Shown here one piece after another: positions 52,017 through 61,669 of a stretch of 64,000 nucleotides of DNA. Location of the stretch: the NCBI GenBank assembly GCA_004297735.1, contig SCTI01000002.1:256160-320159 (forward strand), written 5' to 3'. Both the position numbers and the translations under genes were made by a program. The notes under the pieces were generated by a model. The model was not told where the DNA came from and searched no databases. It saw only the letters and a program-made list of their open reading frames with translations. The DNA is from Patescibacteria group bacterium (lineage in GTDB: Bacteria > Patescibacteriota > Saccharimonadia > UBA4664 > SCTI01). Within the stretch, counting starts at the first letter, position 1. Each line of letters opens with the position of its first letter.

Positions 52017-53138
52017 TCACGTTCGAACCGGCATAATGATGTGTAGATAGTTCGGCGCATCATTACCATCAGGTTTAATAACCGTAGCATTTAACTTTCC
52101 ACTCATACTAATCGAGACCTTCTTGGTTTTAATAGCAGTTAGGGCGTCAGTTAAGTATGAGGCGTTTAATGATATCTCATTATCATCGCCGGCCACCTCA
52201 CAGGGGGAGCTAGAGGTGTTATCACCAACCTGAGCTGCCGAGGACAATATCCTCAACTCACCCTCAGCTTGGACCTCAATCCGGATATTGCCACCGTTCT
52301 CACGAGCAAACAGGTGGGCCATCTTTGTTATTCGAGTAAAATCTACGGTAGCGAGTGTGGCGCGAGTCTCTTCGTTGCTAGGGATGATCTGTTGATAATC
52401 TGGGAACTTACCCTCAATCAGCCGAGATACCAACTCGGTGTCATCAACCTGGAACATCACTTGATTATCGGCGATATACATCGCTACATCGCCCTCACTT
52501 TCACCCAAAATACGTACCAGTTCCTGCATGGTTCGAGTTGGAATGATGGCCTGTAGTTCGGTATCGGCTTGTTTTGGTAGTGGTAGTTTATACTCGGCCA
52601 GGCGGAAACTGTCGGTGGAAACCAACACCAGCTGCCCCTCGTCGATATACATATAAACTCCCGCCAAAACCGGGCGGCTTTCGTCGGGGGCGGCAGCAAC
52701 CACCACCTGAGCAATCGCCTCGCGCAACAGTTCGGAGGGGAGTGTAAGGATAGGTTTGGTTGAAACTTCCGGTGTGGCTGGAAACTCCTCGGCAGCAATA
52801 CCGTTCATATGGGAGTTATAGTTGGGTGTGGTAATGGTAAGGTTGGCATCGGTGGTTTCAAGATCAAGGTTCTTACCACTTGGAAGGTTAGCAACAAACT
52901 CACCTAGAAGCTTAGCCGGAACGGTAATTGATCCTTCTTGCTCTACTTTGCAACCAATCCAGTGTGTAATACCTATTTCTAAATTGGTTGCCGAAATCTT
53001 AAGTCGATTACTATCGGTACTTATTAGGACGTTAGCTAGGACCGGTAGACTGGTACGACTTCCAACAATACGTCCAGTGACTTGTAGGGCTCGAGCTAGA
53101 TTTTCTTGAGTGATTCTAACTTTCATAATTCTTTCCAC
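52017..53138 (-). CDS. dnaN: DNA polymerase III beta subunit (sliding clamp)
   Basis: The N-terminus is MKVRITQENLARALQVTGRIVGSRTSLPVLANVLIS. The product is about 370 aa with a three-domain clamp architecture. Confidence 0.93.
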   Translation of the reverse strand: MERIMKVRITQENLARALQVTGRIVGSRTSLPVLANVLISTDSNRLKISATNLEIGITHWIGCKVEQEGSITVPAKLLGEFVANLPSGKNLDLETTDANLTITTPNYNSHMNGIAAEEFPATPEVSTKPILTLPSELLREAIAQVVVAAAPDESRPVLAGVYMYIDEGQLVLVSTDSFRLAEYKLPLPKQADTELQAIIPTRTMQELVRILGESEGDVAMYIADNQVMFQVDDTELVSRLIEGKFPDYQQIIPSNEETRATLATVDFTRITKMAHLFARENGGNIRIEVQAEGELRILSSAAQVGDNTSSSPCEVAGDDNEISLNASYLTDALTAIKTKKVSISMSGKLNATVIKPDGNDAPNYLHIIMPVRT

Positions 53139-53419
53139 ATCCTCAGGTTCTTATTAGTATACTTTAATTTTTTAAATAGATTGAAGTGGTAGTAGGGCCT
53201 GGGGAAACCGGGGAAGTTGAATAATTTTAGTGTTCTTAAGCCAAAATACTTATGTTCATCTTGGTGAAAACCCGGGAAAACCATGCTTAAAACGGTTGTG
53301 ATTAAATTTGGTTTTTGGGTAAAAAAGTTACTACTTAAATTTAATCTGCGGATAATATTTTTATTATTCAAAGCCTGTACCATAGTTTGCCCCCTATCTT
53401 TCCCCATGATATCCCCAGC

Positions 53420-54811
53420 CTAAGCCGACAATCTCTCTCTTAAAAGATTAACTTCCGAGCGAATTGCATGATCACTTTCGATAGCTTTTTCGATTTTAGT
53501 AACCGAATGTACCGCTGTACTATGGTCGCGTCCTCCAACTTGCTTAGCGATCTTAGGGTAACTTAGCCCAAGCTCGGTACGCATTAAGAACATCGCAATT
53601 TGGCGCGGCACCACAATCTCGCGATCACGGCGGGTGCCTAAGATATCGCTACTCATTAAGTCGTAATAAGCGGCGGTTTGATCGATGATGAACTTAGGGG
53701 TGATCGAGCGGGCCCGCTTAGGTGACACACTACCAAGTAGGCCGGCCACAAACTCAATTGTGGGGGCTTGGTTCTTTAATTCACACTGTGCCAAGATACT
53801 GGTTAAGGTGCCTTCGAGTTCGCGAATGTTTTGGTGGCAGTTTTTAGCTAGGTATTCAACCACATCCATGGTTAGCTCGGCGCCAAGCACCGCCGCCTTG
53901 CGCTCAATGATTGCCTCGCGGGTTTCAAGGTCTGGCTTTTGAACATCAGCAACCATGCCTGACTCAAAACGAGATCGAAGCCTTGCTTCGAGGTTGGGGA
54001 TAGTGGAGGGGGGCTGATCGCTAGATAAGATAACCTGCTTGTTGGCTTGGTAGAGAGCGTTAAAGGTGTGGAAGAACTCCTCTTGGGTTCGCTCTTTTTT
54101 ACCCAAAAACTGGATATCATCAACAATTAATACATCTAAGCTTCGGTAGCGATCGGTAAAGCTCTTGATGGTTTTATTTTGAATTCCATCAAGAAACTCA
54201 CGAGTAAAGTCCTCACTGGTGACATACGCCACCCGTTTATTGGAGTCTTCAGCCAAAATTCGGTTACCAATAGCCTGCATTAGGTGGGTTTTACCGAGTC
54301 CAACCCCTCCATATAGGAATAAGGGATTGTATTTGGTACCTGGGTGTTTGGCCACAGCTAAGCTAGCGGCGTAGGCCAGCTCGTTACTTGGTCCAATCAC
54401 AAAGTTTTCGAAAGTATATTTTTGATTAAGCCGGCTGGATCCAAGATTACGACTAGAGGTAGAGGTTACAGTGGGTGAGGCGGTTGCCGGTGCAAGTAAC
54501 TGGTCCTTGTGGCTGCTTGTTGGCGCGGCGGTCTTGGCTTTGGTTGATTTTTTTGAGTTGGTGGGTGGGTTGGTAATTTTATATTCGATCGACTCAACCG
54601 GAGAATTAACTCGTTTTAAAATGTCTTTAATCTTTTCGCCATAGGTTTTTTCTAGTCGGTTCTTGGTGAAGATGTTTGGCACGGCAACTACTAATCGCCC
54701 ATTAGCATCATCAAGTAGCGCGGTTTGTTTAAACCACGTCTTAAATGCTGCGCGACTAACACTCAGCTCAAGCTCGCCCAAGACGGCTTGCCATACCTTG
54801 CGGGAATCCAT
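53420..54811 (-). CDS. dnaA: chromosomal replication initiator protein DnaA
   Basis: The AAA+ Walker A is LFLYGGVGLGKTHLMQAIGN. The C-terminal DNA-binding domain reads ...VPRQIAMFLMRTELGLSYPKIAKQVGGRDHSTAVHS. Confidence 0.95.
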   Translation of the reverse strand: MDSRKVWQAVLGELELSVSRAAFKTWFKQTALLDDANGRLVVAVPNIFTKNRLEKTYGEKIKDILKRVNSPVESIEYKITNPPTNSKKSTKAKTAAPTSSHKDQLLAPATASPTVTSTSSRNLGSSRLNQKYTFENFVIGPSNELAYAASLAVAKHPGTKYNPLFLYGGVGLGKTHLMQAIGNRILAEDSNKRVAYVTSEDFTREFLDGIQNKTIKSFTDRYRSLDVLIVDDIQFLGKKERTQEEFFHTFNALYQANKQVILSSDQPPSTIPNLEARLRSRFESGMVADVQKPDLETREAIIERKAAVLGAELTMDVVEYLAKNCHQNIRELEGTLTSILAQCELKNQAPTIEFVAGLLGSVSPKRARSITPKFIIDQTAAYYDLMSSDILGTRRDREIVVPRQIAMFLMRTELGLSYPKIAKQVGGRDHSTAVHSVTKIEKAIESDHAIRSEVNLLRERLSA

Positions 54812-54865
54812 AAACCTCCACCAGTTTTAGGTTTGCGATAGATCAATCATAACCGGTTTTTAGGG

Positions 54866-54904
54866 TTGTCCACAACCTCTAAAATTCACCGTTTTTTATC
54901 CACA
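54866..54904. promoter_or_regulatory. DnaA boxes in dnaA upstream region (putative oriC/dnaA promoter region)
   Basis: TTGTCCACA (54866-54874) and TTATCCACA (54896-54904) lie in the AT-rich intergenic region. A further near-consensus box, TGCGGATAA, is at about 53349 in the dnaA-dnaN intergenic region. Confidence 0.55.
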
Positions 54905-55032
54905 ACCACCATAATACCAGGTTATATTTTGGGGAAAACCCCTTGAAACTAGTGGAAAACCAATTTTTTTGTTCAGAAATATTTAATCTAACAGATTGAC
55001 TTTTAAGGTAATTTTGCGTATCATGCTGCAGT

Positions 55033-55170
55033 ATGTCAAAGCGAACACATCAACCCAAAAAATCACGACGCCAGCGAGTCCACGGCTTTTTAAAGCGAAT
55101 GAGTACTCGAGCTGGTCAGTCGGTGTTACGTCGACGTCGACTTAAGGGTCGCAAGCGAGTTGCGATTTAG
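55033..55170 (+). CDS. rpmH: 50S ribosomal protein L34
   Basis: The translation is [45 protein letters not shown] (45 aa). It is below the ORF-track size cutoff and is divergent from dnaA. Confidence 0.9.
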   Translation: MSKRTHQPKKSRRQRVHGFLKRMSTRAGQSVLRRRRLKGRKRVAI

Positions 55171-55175
55171 TCGAT

Positions 55176-55523
55176 ATGCTCGCGCGTCAATACCGGCTTA
55201 AGAGCTCCCGCGATATATCGCGGGTTTTTCGCACCGGCCGATTTGGTCGATCGGACAGCTTACTGGTTAAGGCGGCGCCGAACCACTTGGCGTACAGTCG
55301 TGCCGTGGTGGTTGTTAGTAAAAAAGTCGATAAGCGGGCGGTGGTCCGAAACCGGAATCGCCGCCGACTGGTAGCCGAGCTAAATAAGCGCTGGCAGACA
55401 GTTCGCCCCGGATACGATATAGTTATAACAGTACGCGCCGATCTAGCCGAGACGGACTTAGCCGAGCTGCAGCAGCAGCTTAGTCGCTCCCTAGCAAAGG
55501 CGCAGGTAATAGCAGAGGATTAG
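55176..55523 (+). CDS. rnpA: ribonuclease P protein component
   Basis: The N-terminus is MLARQYRLKSSRDISRVFRTGRF..., the product is basic, and it lies immediately after rpmH. Confidence 0.85.
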   Translation: MLARQYRLKSSRDISRVFRTGRFGRSDSLLVKAAPNHLAYSRAVVVVSKKVDKRAVVRNRNRRRLVAELNKRWQTVRPGYDIVITVRADLAETDLAELQQQLSRSLAKAQVIAED

Positions 55524-55529
55524 AAATTT

Positions 55530-56408
55530 ATGTTTACAACCCTGTTTGTAGAGCCGCTTTTTAACATACTTTTTATTATTTATGGGCTGTTACCAGGACA
55601 TGATTTTGGTGTAGCGGTAATTTGTTTGACGATTTTGGTGCGCTTGGCGTTATGGCCGCTAGTCACCCGACAGCTTCATTCGCAGCGAATGATGCAACAG
55701 ATGGCCCCCGAGATTGCGCGGATTCGCAAAGAGACCGAGGGTGATCGCGAAAAGCAGACCCAAATGCTAATGGAGCTATATAAGGAGCGGGGGACCAGTC
55801 CTTTTGCGCCACTGCTGCCAATCTTAATTCAGCTGCCAATCTTTTTTGCGCTATACATTGTGTTCCGCGATAGCGTTCATCCCGAAAAGCTAACCCAACT
55901 ACTTTACCCGTGGGTAGAGCAGATTCCGGCGGTTGCCAACGTAATTGCTAACAACAGCCAGTTTAGCCCAACCCTGTTTGGCCTGGTTAACCTAACTCAG
56001 CCAAGCCTGGTGCTAGCGGTGTTGGCCGGTGCGGCCCAGTGGTACCAAACCAAGATGCTGCAGCCAAAAGTTAAAAGCGAAGACCCACAGGCTCGCATGA
56101 TGCAGACCATGACCAAGGTCTTTCCAATCCTAACGGTAGTGATTGGCTTGACTCTACCGTCGGCTCTAGCGTTGTACTGGGCGGTAACTAGCGCGGTCGC
56201 GATTTTGCAGCAGCACTTAGTGCTAAACCGGGATGCGCGGGAGATGGAGGAGATTAAGTCCCCAGCCATAACCGCACCTAAGAGCGTCACCACGGTGTCT
56301 GGCAAGGGCGAGGATGCGGTTAAGATCACACAGACCACAGTTGATGCGCCTGCCGGTTCAAAGAAGCCTAAAAAGGCCAAGGGGCGCAAAAAGCGAGGCA
56401 GCGCGTGA
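55530..56408 (+). CDS. yidC: membrane protein insertase YidC/Oxa1 (short form)
   Basis: A 5-TM core is present (LTILVRLALWPLVTRQLHSQRMMQQMAPEIARIRKE...) with a basic C-terminal tail. The rpmH-rnpA-yidC-jag synteny supports the call. Confidence 0.85.
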   Translation: MFTTLFVEPLFNILFIIYGLLPGHDFGVAVICLTILVRLALWPLVTRQLHSQRMMQQMAPEIARIRKETEGDREKQTQMLMELYKERGTSPFAPLLPILIQLPIFFALYIVFRDSVHPEKLTQLLYPWVEQIPAVANVIANNSQFSPTLFGLVNLTQPSLVLAVLAGAAQWYQTKMLQPKVKSEDPQARMMQTMTKVFPILTVVIGLTLPSALALYWAVTSAVAILQQHLVLNRDAREMEEIKSPAITAPKSVTTVSGKGEDAVKITQTTVDAPAGSKKPKKAKGRKKRGSA

Positions 56409-56863
56409 GCGCCCTGGCCGCCCCCGAGTTTGCCCGCCAACGGCTAGAGGATTTATTGACCTTTTTTGGGGTTAACACCGAGGTTAAGGTGAGCACCAAC
56501 GACAACACTATTGAGTTGTCGCTTGATTCAGATTTAAGCGGCACCCTAATTGGTCACCGCGGCGAAACCCTGCTCGCGCTGCAGCACATGGTCAACATGT
56601 TGGTGCGCACCGAGTATCCCGAGCGATGGTACGTGCATGTTGATATCGGTGGATATCGCCAAGCCCGTATGGAGCGGTTAGAGGCCAAGGCGGTTAAAAT
56701 TGCTGAGCGGGTGGTTGAAAGCGGTAAAGAGGTGGTGCTGCCGCCAATGACCGCTGCCGAGCGCCGTCACGTCCATTCAGCCCTGGCCGATCGTGAGGGA
56801 GTGGTGACCGAATCGCGCGGCGATGGCAACCGGCGCAGATTGGTGATTCGAGTAAGCGAGTAG
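56405..56863 (+). CDS. jag: Jag/KhpB-like RNA-binding protein (KH + R3H domains)
   Basis: The KH segment is IGHRGETLLALQHMVNM, and the R3H segment reads ...LPPMTAAERRHVHSALAD... It overlaps the yidC stop. Confidence 0.85.
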   Translation: MSALAAPEFARQRLEDLLTFFGVNTEVKVSTNDNTIELSLDSDLSGTLIGHRGETLLALQHMVNMLVRTEYPERWYVHVDIGGYRQARMERLEAKAVKIAERVVESGKEVVLPPMTAAERRHVHSALADREGVVTESRGDGNRRRLVIRVSE

Positions 56864-56868
56864 AACCT

Positions 56869-57972
56869 CTACTCGGATTTGAGAGCTTGCTGGTAGACCT
56901 TGAGAGTTTGTTCAGCGGTTCGCTTCCAGTTAAACTGTCCGGCCCGCTTTGGTCCGGCGGTTTTTAGTTTGGCTAGCAGCTTCTTATCGGCCAGAGTGGT
57001 TTTAATAACTTTAGCCATCTCGTTAATATCTTCTGGGTCAAAGTAAACCGCGGCGTCGCCGTAAACCTCTGGCAGACAGGTAGCGGTTGAGGAGGCCACC
57101 GGTAAACCATAGCTCATGGCTTCAAGACCGGGCAATCCAAAACCCTCCGAAAGCGAGGGGAACACGTAAAGCTCGGCGTTTTGGTATAACCAAGCTAGCT
57201 CCTCGTCGCTAACAAAGCCAGCGAAGTAAACCGAAGAAATATCTCTTTGCTGAACGTACTCGGCCAGTTCTCCGTAAAAAAAGTCGGGCTTGCCGGCAAG
57301 GACGAGCTGGTAGTCTTTAAGTTTAGCAACCGCAAAGGCGTCAATTAGAGCCCCAAGGTTTTTATAAGGAAAAGCATTGCCAACATAAAGGATGAATTTC
57401 TTACCCTTGAGCTTGGGTATAGGGGTGATTTTAGTGGAGGGCGGTTCGCCTGCCAGGTAGGTGGTGGTGACCTTTTGGGGATCGGCTTTGTAACTTGATA
57501 CCACCTGTTGGCGGACAAAGTTGGTTATGGTGATGAGCTGGTCAGAACTACGGATAACCCGGCGCACTAAAACTTTAAAAACCAACGGCTTAATGGTGTG
57601 TTTGTAAAAGTTTTTTAATGGCCCCTCTTGGCGCTTATTCACAAAGTTAACGAGCGTTAGATCAAGTATGCTGGTTGTTTTTTTACCAAAATAAAGCAAG
57701 GGTTGTTGTGGCCCAGTAAAGTGAACCAGGTCGGGCTGCAGGCGGTATAACAGCCAGGCAAACTGGATCTGCTCGCGGAAGGTGTATGGTGGGTAGTCGG
57801 CAACCGCCTTGGTAAAGTTTGGGTTGGTGGGCTGCCAGCGATCAAAATCATCGGCGCGTAACAACACAACATACTCATTATCGGTGTCAATCTGCTGTAA
57901 ATATTCCAGTAGCCGATCAATATATCGGCCGGTGCTGGTGTTGATGATACGAGCGTCGATGGCGATCTTCAT
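56869..57972 (-). CDS. glycosyltransferase family 4 (GT-B fold)
   Basis: The C-terminal motif is FPSLSEGFGLPGLEAMSYGLPVASS (EX7E-type). Confidence 0.8.
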   Translation of the reverse strand: MKIAIDARIINTSTGRYIDRLLEYLQQIDTDNEYVVLLRADDFDRWQPTNPNFTKAVADYPPYTFREQIQFAWLLYRLQPDLVHFTGPQQPLLYFGKKTTSILDLTLVNFVNKRQEGPLKNFYKHTIKPLVFKVLVRRVIRSSDQLITITNFVRQQVVSSYKADPQKVTTTYLAGEPPSTKITPIPKLKGKKFILYVGNAFPYKNLGALIDAFAVAKLKDYQLVLAGKPDFFYGELAEYVQQRDISSVYFAGFVSDEELAWLYQNAELYVFPSLSEGFGLPGLEAMSYGLPVASSTATCLPEVYGDAAVYFDPEDINEMAKVIKTTLADKKLLAKLKTAGPKRAGQFNWKRTAEQTLKVYQQALKSE

Positions 57973-57976
57973 AGTA

Positions 57977-59320
57977 CTAGCTTACCTTTTTGGCGCCAAC
58001 AGTAACTCCCGCCAGCAGCCCAATATAAACCCATATATGGGTTATATATAGAGTTGAAAACAGTTGATACTGGAAGGCAATACCAGCCAGCCCGACAAGC
58101 AGTCCTAGGGCAACCAGGCGAAGGCTCCGATCTGATCCAGACAGAATAAAGCTAGCCGCCAACTTAGCCAGACTAAGGCTAAACAGGAGAATTAAGATTA
58201 AACCAATAAAACCTTGTTCGGCGGCAATTTCGAGGGTTTCGTTGTTAACAATTGTTTCTGACGAAGGGAACTTAACCGGCTCCTGTTGATTGGCGTAGTA
58301 GCCGTAGTTGCCGGCACCAATACCGATGAGCGGATTTTCTACTACCGCCATTGCGGCGAGCTTGCGGGCTAGGGCTCTGCCCTCAGCCGATTCACCCTTG
58401 TTTACATTGGTGGCCTGATCAGTAAACTCCTCAATGTTATGTTGTACCGACGGTTTCTTATTAACCCCGTAAACATCACCGTATAGAAAGCTACCCAGCC
58501 CAATACAGGCTAGGGTGATAATGGTAGCGCCAAGGCCGGTAGCCACCACCTTGAGTGCTGGCATGGTGCGCTTTCGGTATAGTCCAATGGCTATCAAAAC
58601 TATCACAATAATAATTGCTGCAACCTGAGCCCCACGCGACAACGACAGGAGTATGACGGTTAAAACTAAAAGGGAGAATGGCCAGCTACGTAGCTTGGTA
58701 AACAGTTGGGAAACAACTAGGAGCGCAAGCGGGACAAGCAGGTAGTTGGCAAAGAACAGCGGCTCCAGGGCGGTTGACTGGATGCGTGGAAAGGGGAAGA
58801 TGCCGCCTTTCATGTAGTTTTGACTTAGCCCAGTGAGCCACCCAGGCAGGTCGGCCAGATCGCCAAAATACTGGTAAATCCCAAATAAGCAGCTCATGAC
58901 CACGCCAATTAAACCATAACTAAGGTAGCGCTTAAGGTGATTTGGATCAAAAACCGTCGCTATAGTAAAACTAAGGACCGACACAAACCCAATAAAGGCG
59001 GCAATAGTCAGACTTTCTTTGGGGTGTTGGCTGACTGCCGCAGAAATAACTACAACTACATTAAATAGCACCAAAAAAACCCAAGGCAACTGCATCAATT
59101 TAGCTCGGCTGCTCCACAGTAGTTTGGTGCTTAATAGGATCAGAGCTAAACCAAGTAGCTGGCTAATTCTAATGGTGGTGCCATTTGCCCCAACAGATAC
59201 CGACGGTATGCGCTCAAGGGGTAGCGTTAGCAGTATGCCATACAGTAAGTACTGGCGAATGTTGGCAAGTTGAAGCGTTTTCATTCTCTCTATCTTAAAC
59301 AATGATTGCCCCTGGCTCAA
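57977..59320 (-). CDS. O-antigen ligase/polymerase-like polytopic membrane protein (Wzy_C family)
   Basis: About 10-12 TM helices with a large loop after TM 8-9, the typical Wzy/WaaL layout, within a glycosyltransferase cluster. Confidence 0.65.
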   Translation of the reverse strand: MSQGQSLFKIERMKTLQLANIRQYLLYGILLTLPLERIPSVSVGANGTTIRISQLLGLALILLSTKLLWSSRAKLMQLPWVFLVLFNVVVVISAAVSQHPKESLTIAAFIGFVSVLSFTIATVFDPNHLKRYLSYGLIGVVMSCLFGIYQYFGDLADLPGWLTGLSQNYMKGGIFPFPRIQSTALEPLFFANYLLVPLALLVVSQLFTKLRSWPFSLLVLTVILLSLSRGAQVAAIIIVIVLIAIGLYRKRTMPALKVVATGLGATIITLACIGLGSFLYGDVYGVNKKPSVQHNIEEFTDQATNVNKGESAEGRALARKLAAMAVVENPLIGIGAGNYGYYANQQEPVKFPSSETIVNNETLEIAAEQGFIGLILILLFSLSLAKLAASFILSGSDRSLRLVALGLLVGLAGIAFQYQLFSTLYITHIWVYIGLLAGVTVGAKKVS

Positions 59321-59326
59321 ATTTAA

Positions 59327-60301
59327 TCACAGCTTTTTAGCTAACGGTGAGACGAGGCGGGTTCTAAGTGGCCAATGGTCGGTTAGCAGATCCTCTACCT
59401 GTCTGCTGGTCAGCTTGCGTTTTGACTGGATCTGGCGGCGCTTGGCTAGGGTCTTGGGTAGTTTTAGCAAGCACTCACCATAGGCACTCAGAGCTACCGT
59501 AATTGCCCCGGCCTTAATGGCGGCCAAGAACAAAAGAGTCTGAACAAACATAAAGCGGGGAAGCAGCTTCCAAAATAATGGCGAAGGCATATTTTTTAGG
59601 TACAAGTAATTGGTGTTTTTTAACGACTGCCTGCGGGCAAAGTGACCCAATTTGCCGGATGTAGCACCAATATGATGATAGACGCGAGCCTTGGGGGCAA
59701 GCACAATCTTGAAGCCCGCTAAACGCGCTCGAAAGCCAAAATCAACGTCCTCCGAGTAGGCAAAAAAGTCTTCGTCGAGCAGGCCAATGGCGTCGTATAC
59801 CTCTCGTTTACAGATATTGGCGCCACCGCTGGCAGCAAATATTTCGGGATAGCCGGTATATTCAACATCATCTTTTTGGTCGCGCTGGCGAGGGTAAGAT
59901 AGACCCCATTTCGAAACAAAATCTCCAGTGGAGTCAACTAGGGTGTGATCATCGTAGTGCAGAATTTTAGCTGCTGCCATGTCAGCGTGCTTCATGGCGT
60001 CAATTAGTTCCTCAAGCCAGGTGGGCTCCGCGATAGCATCGTTGTTAAGTAGCGAGATATATTCGCCTCGCGCAATCTTAATACCAGAATTAACTCCCCC
60101 GGCAAACCCAATGTTTTTAGGTAGGCGAACTAGCACAACATTGGGGAATTTATTTTCGATGAGAGCAACCGAGCCATCGGTCGAGCCGTTATCAACCACA
60201 ATGGTTTCAAAGTCGGTAAAGGTCTGTTTTTTAAGTGCGTTTAAGCACTCGGTTAGATGCTCCTCACCGTTCCAGTTGGGAATTACGACGGAGGCTTTCA
60301 T
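59327..60301 (-). CDS. glycosyltransferase family 2
   Basis: The N-terminus is MKASVVIPNWNGEEHLTECLNALKKQTFTDFETIVVDNGSTDGS, and the DxD region reads ...ISLLNNDAIAEP... Confidence 0.85.
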   Translation of the reverse strand: MKASVVIPNWNGEEHLTECLNALKKQTFTDFETIVVDNGSTDGSVALIENKFPNVVLVRLPKNIGFAGGVNSGIKIARGEYISLLNNDAIAEPTWLEELIDAMKHADMAAAKILHYDDHTLVDSTGDFVSKWGLSYPRQRDQKDDVEYTGYPEIFAASGGANICKREVYDAIGLLDEDFFAYSEDVDFGFRARLAGFKIVLAPKARVYHHIGATSGKLGHFARRQSLKNTNYLYLKNMPSPLFWKLLPRFMFVQTLLFLAAIKAGAITVALSAYGECLLKLPKTLAKRRQIQSKRKLTSRQVEDLLTDHWPLRTRLVSPLAKKL

Positions 60302-61629
60302 GAACGCTTAAAGGTAATTTTGTAGGCCTTACTAGCAACATTGGTCATAACCGGCCAGACGCCTTTGGCGTCCTTAATGTCTTTGAGGGTGTGACGATAA
60401 ATAGCGAGAATATGCTTAAATTCAGCGTAGGTAATTTTTTTACGGGCATGGGGGTGCTCAATCATGCTACGAATGGGCGAGACCACCTTTTGCCAGCGAT
60501 ACTCCTCACGAATCTGCTTAATATTATTCTTAATTTCTTTGGCGAACTTTTTATCGTCGGCAAGCTTAATGATTGCTTCCGCCAGGGCGTCAATATTTTC
60601 ATACGGAACGGTTATGCCAAGGTTGCGGGCGGCGATAAGCTCGGCCATACTGTCGCCTTCGGTGGCAATAATTGGTAGTTCGGTCCAGAAGTAGTCGAGT
60701 ACTCGGGTGCGGAAGGAGAAGCGGGTTTCGACGTGGTTAAAGTGAGTTGAAACGCCAATGTCGGCTTCTAGAAAGTGGTTTTGGCGCTCGCCATAAGGCA
60801 CCCAGCCATAGTTAAAGAAAACTTGCTTATCGTACAGATCAAGCTCCTTGGCCAGATTGACCGCCTCGGTAGCCATCTCCATTTCGGGGACGTCGCTGTT
60901 AGGGTGCTTAAGGCCCATAAAGACCAGCTTAATATCGTCACGCTTTTGGCTGACCTGATGAACCGCCTTAATAAGAGTGAGCGGATCAAACCAGTTCCAT
61001 ATACCTCCTCCCCACAAGAGTACGGTGTCATCCTTGGCAATACCCAGCTTTTTGCGAAAGCCTTCGCCGGTTTTCTTTGGCTCGTCGTCCTGCAAGCCAA
61101 ACGGAACCACGTCAATCAGTCGATTGAGTGACACGTCTTGGGCGTAGGCGTCGGGGGTGAGGCGCCCGAGGCCCATGAGTGAACCCAGCCACAGGTCACG
61201 CTGCTTTTGGCTGGCACAGATGACCGAGTCGGCAAATTGTAGTGACAGCTGAAGCTCAGCTAAAAAGCGACTGTTTTTATTGGCTTGAGTCTGCATGGGC
61301 TGGTGCTTATAGATTTCAAGACCCTCTAGCAAGATTGGATCGTAGTAGTCCAGAATCACTCGAGTATTATTGCGCCGAGCCAAATAAGCCATGGTAGGGG
61401 AGATAGATTGAGAAATAATAACGTCGTAGCCATCTAAAAACTTACCAATCGCCTTATTGTTGTATGACACAATTTTAAAGCCCTCGCCGGTGACGTCGGG
61501 GTGGTTGGGGGCGGCTAGCGTGACCTGGTGGTTTGCGCTTAAAGCCTTGGCAAACTCCCAGTAGCGAATACCGGGACCGGCCATGGTTTTGCCAATAACA
61601 TCTTGAGAAAAAATCAGTACTTTTGACAT
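60298..61629 (-). CDS. glycosyltransferase (GT-B, family 1/4-like)
   Basis: A Rossmann-like C-terminal half is present (...VLLWGGGIWNWFDP...LVFMGLKHP...). It overlaps the GT2 gene by 4 nt. Confidence 0.6.
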   Translation of the reverse strand: MSKVLIFSQDVIGKTMAGPGIRYWEFAKALSANHQVTLAAPNHPDVTGEGFKIVSYNNKAIGKFLDGYDVIISQSISPTMAYLARRNNTRVILDYYDPILLEGLEIYKHQPMQTQANKNSRFLAELQLSLQFADSVICASQKQRDLWLGSLMGLGRLTPDAYAQDVSLNRLIDVVPFGLQDDEPKKTGEGFRKKLGIAKDDTVLLWGGGIWNWFDPLTLIKAVHQVSQKRDDIKLVFMGLKHPNSDVPEMEMATEAVNLAKELDLYDKQVFFNYGWVPYGERQNHFLEADIGVSTHFNHVETRFSFRTRVLDYFWTELPIIATEGDSMAELIAARNLGITVPYENIDALAEAIIKLADDKKFAKEIKNNIKQIREEYRWQKVVSPIRSMIEHPHARKKITYAEFKHILAIYRHTLKDIKDAKGVWPVMTNVASKAYKITFKRS

Positions 61630-61669
61630 AACAGGTGTTTACGTACTCATAGATTGTATAATAGGGGAC

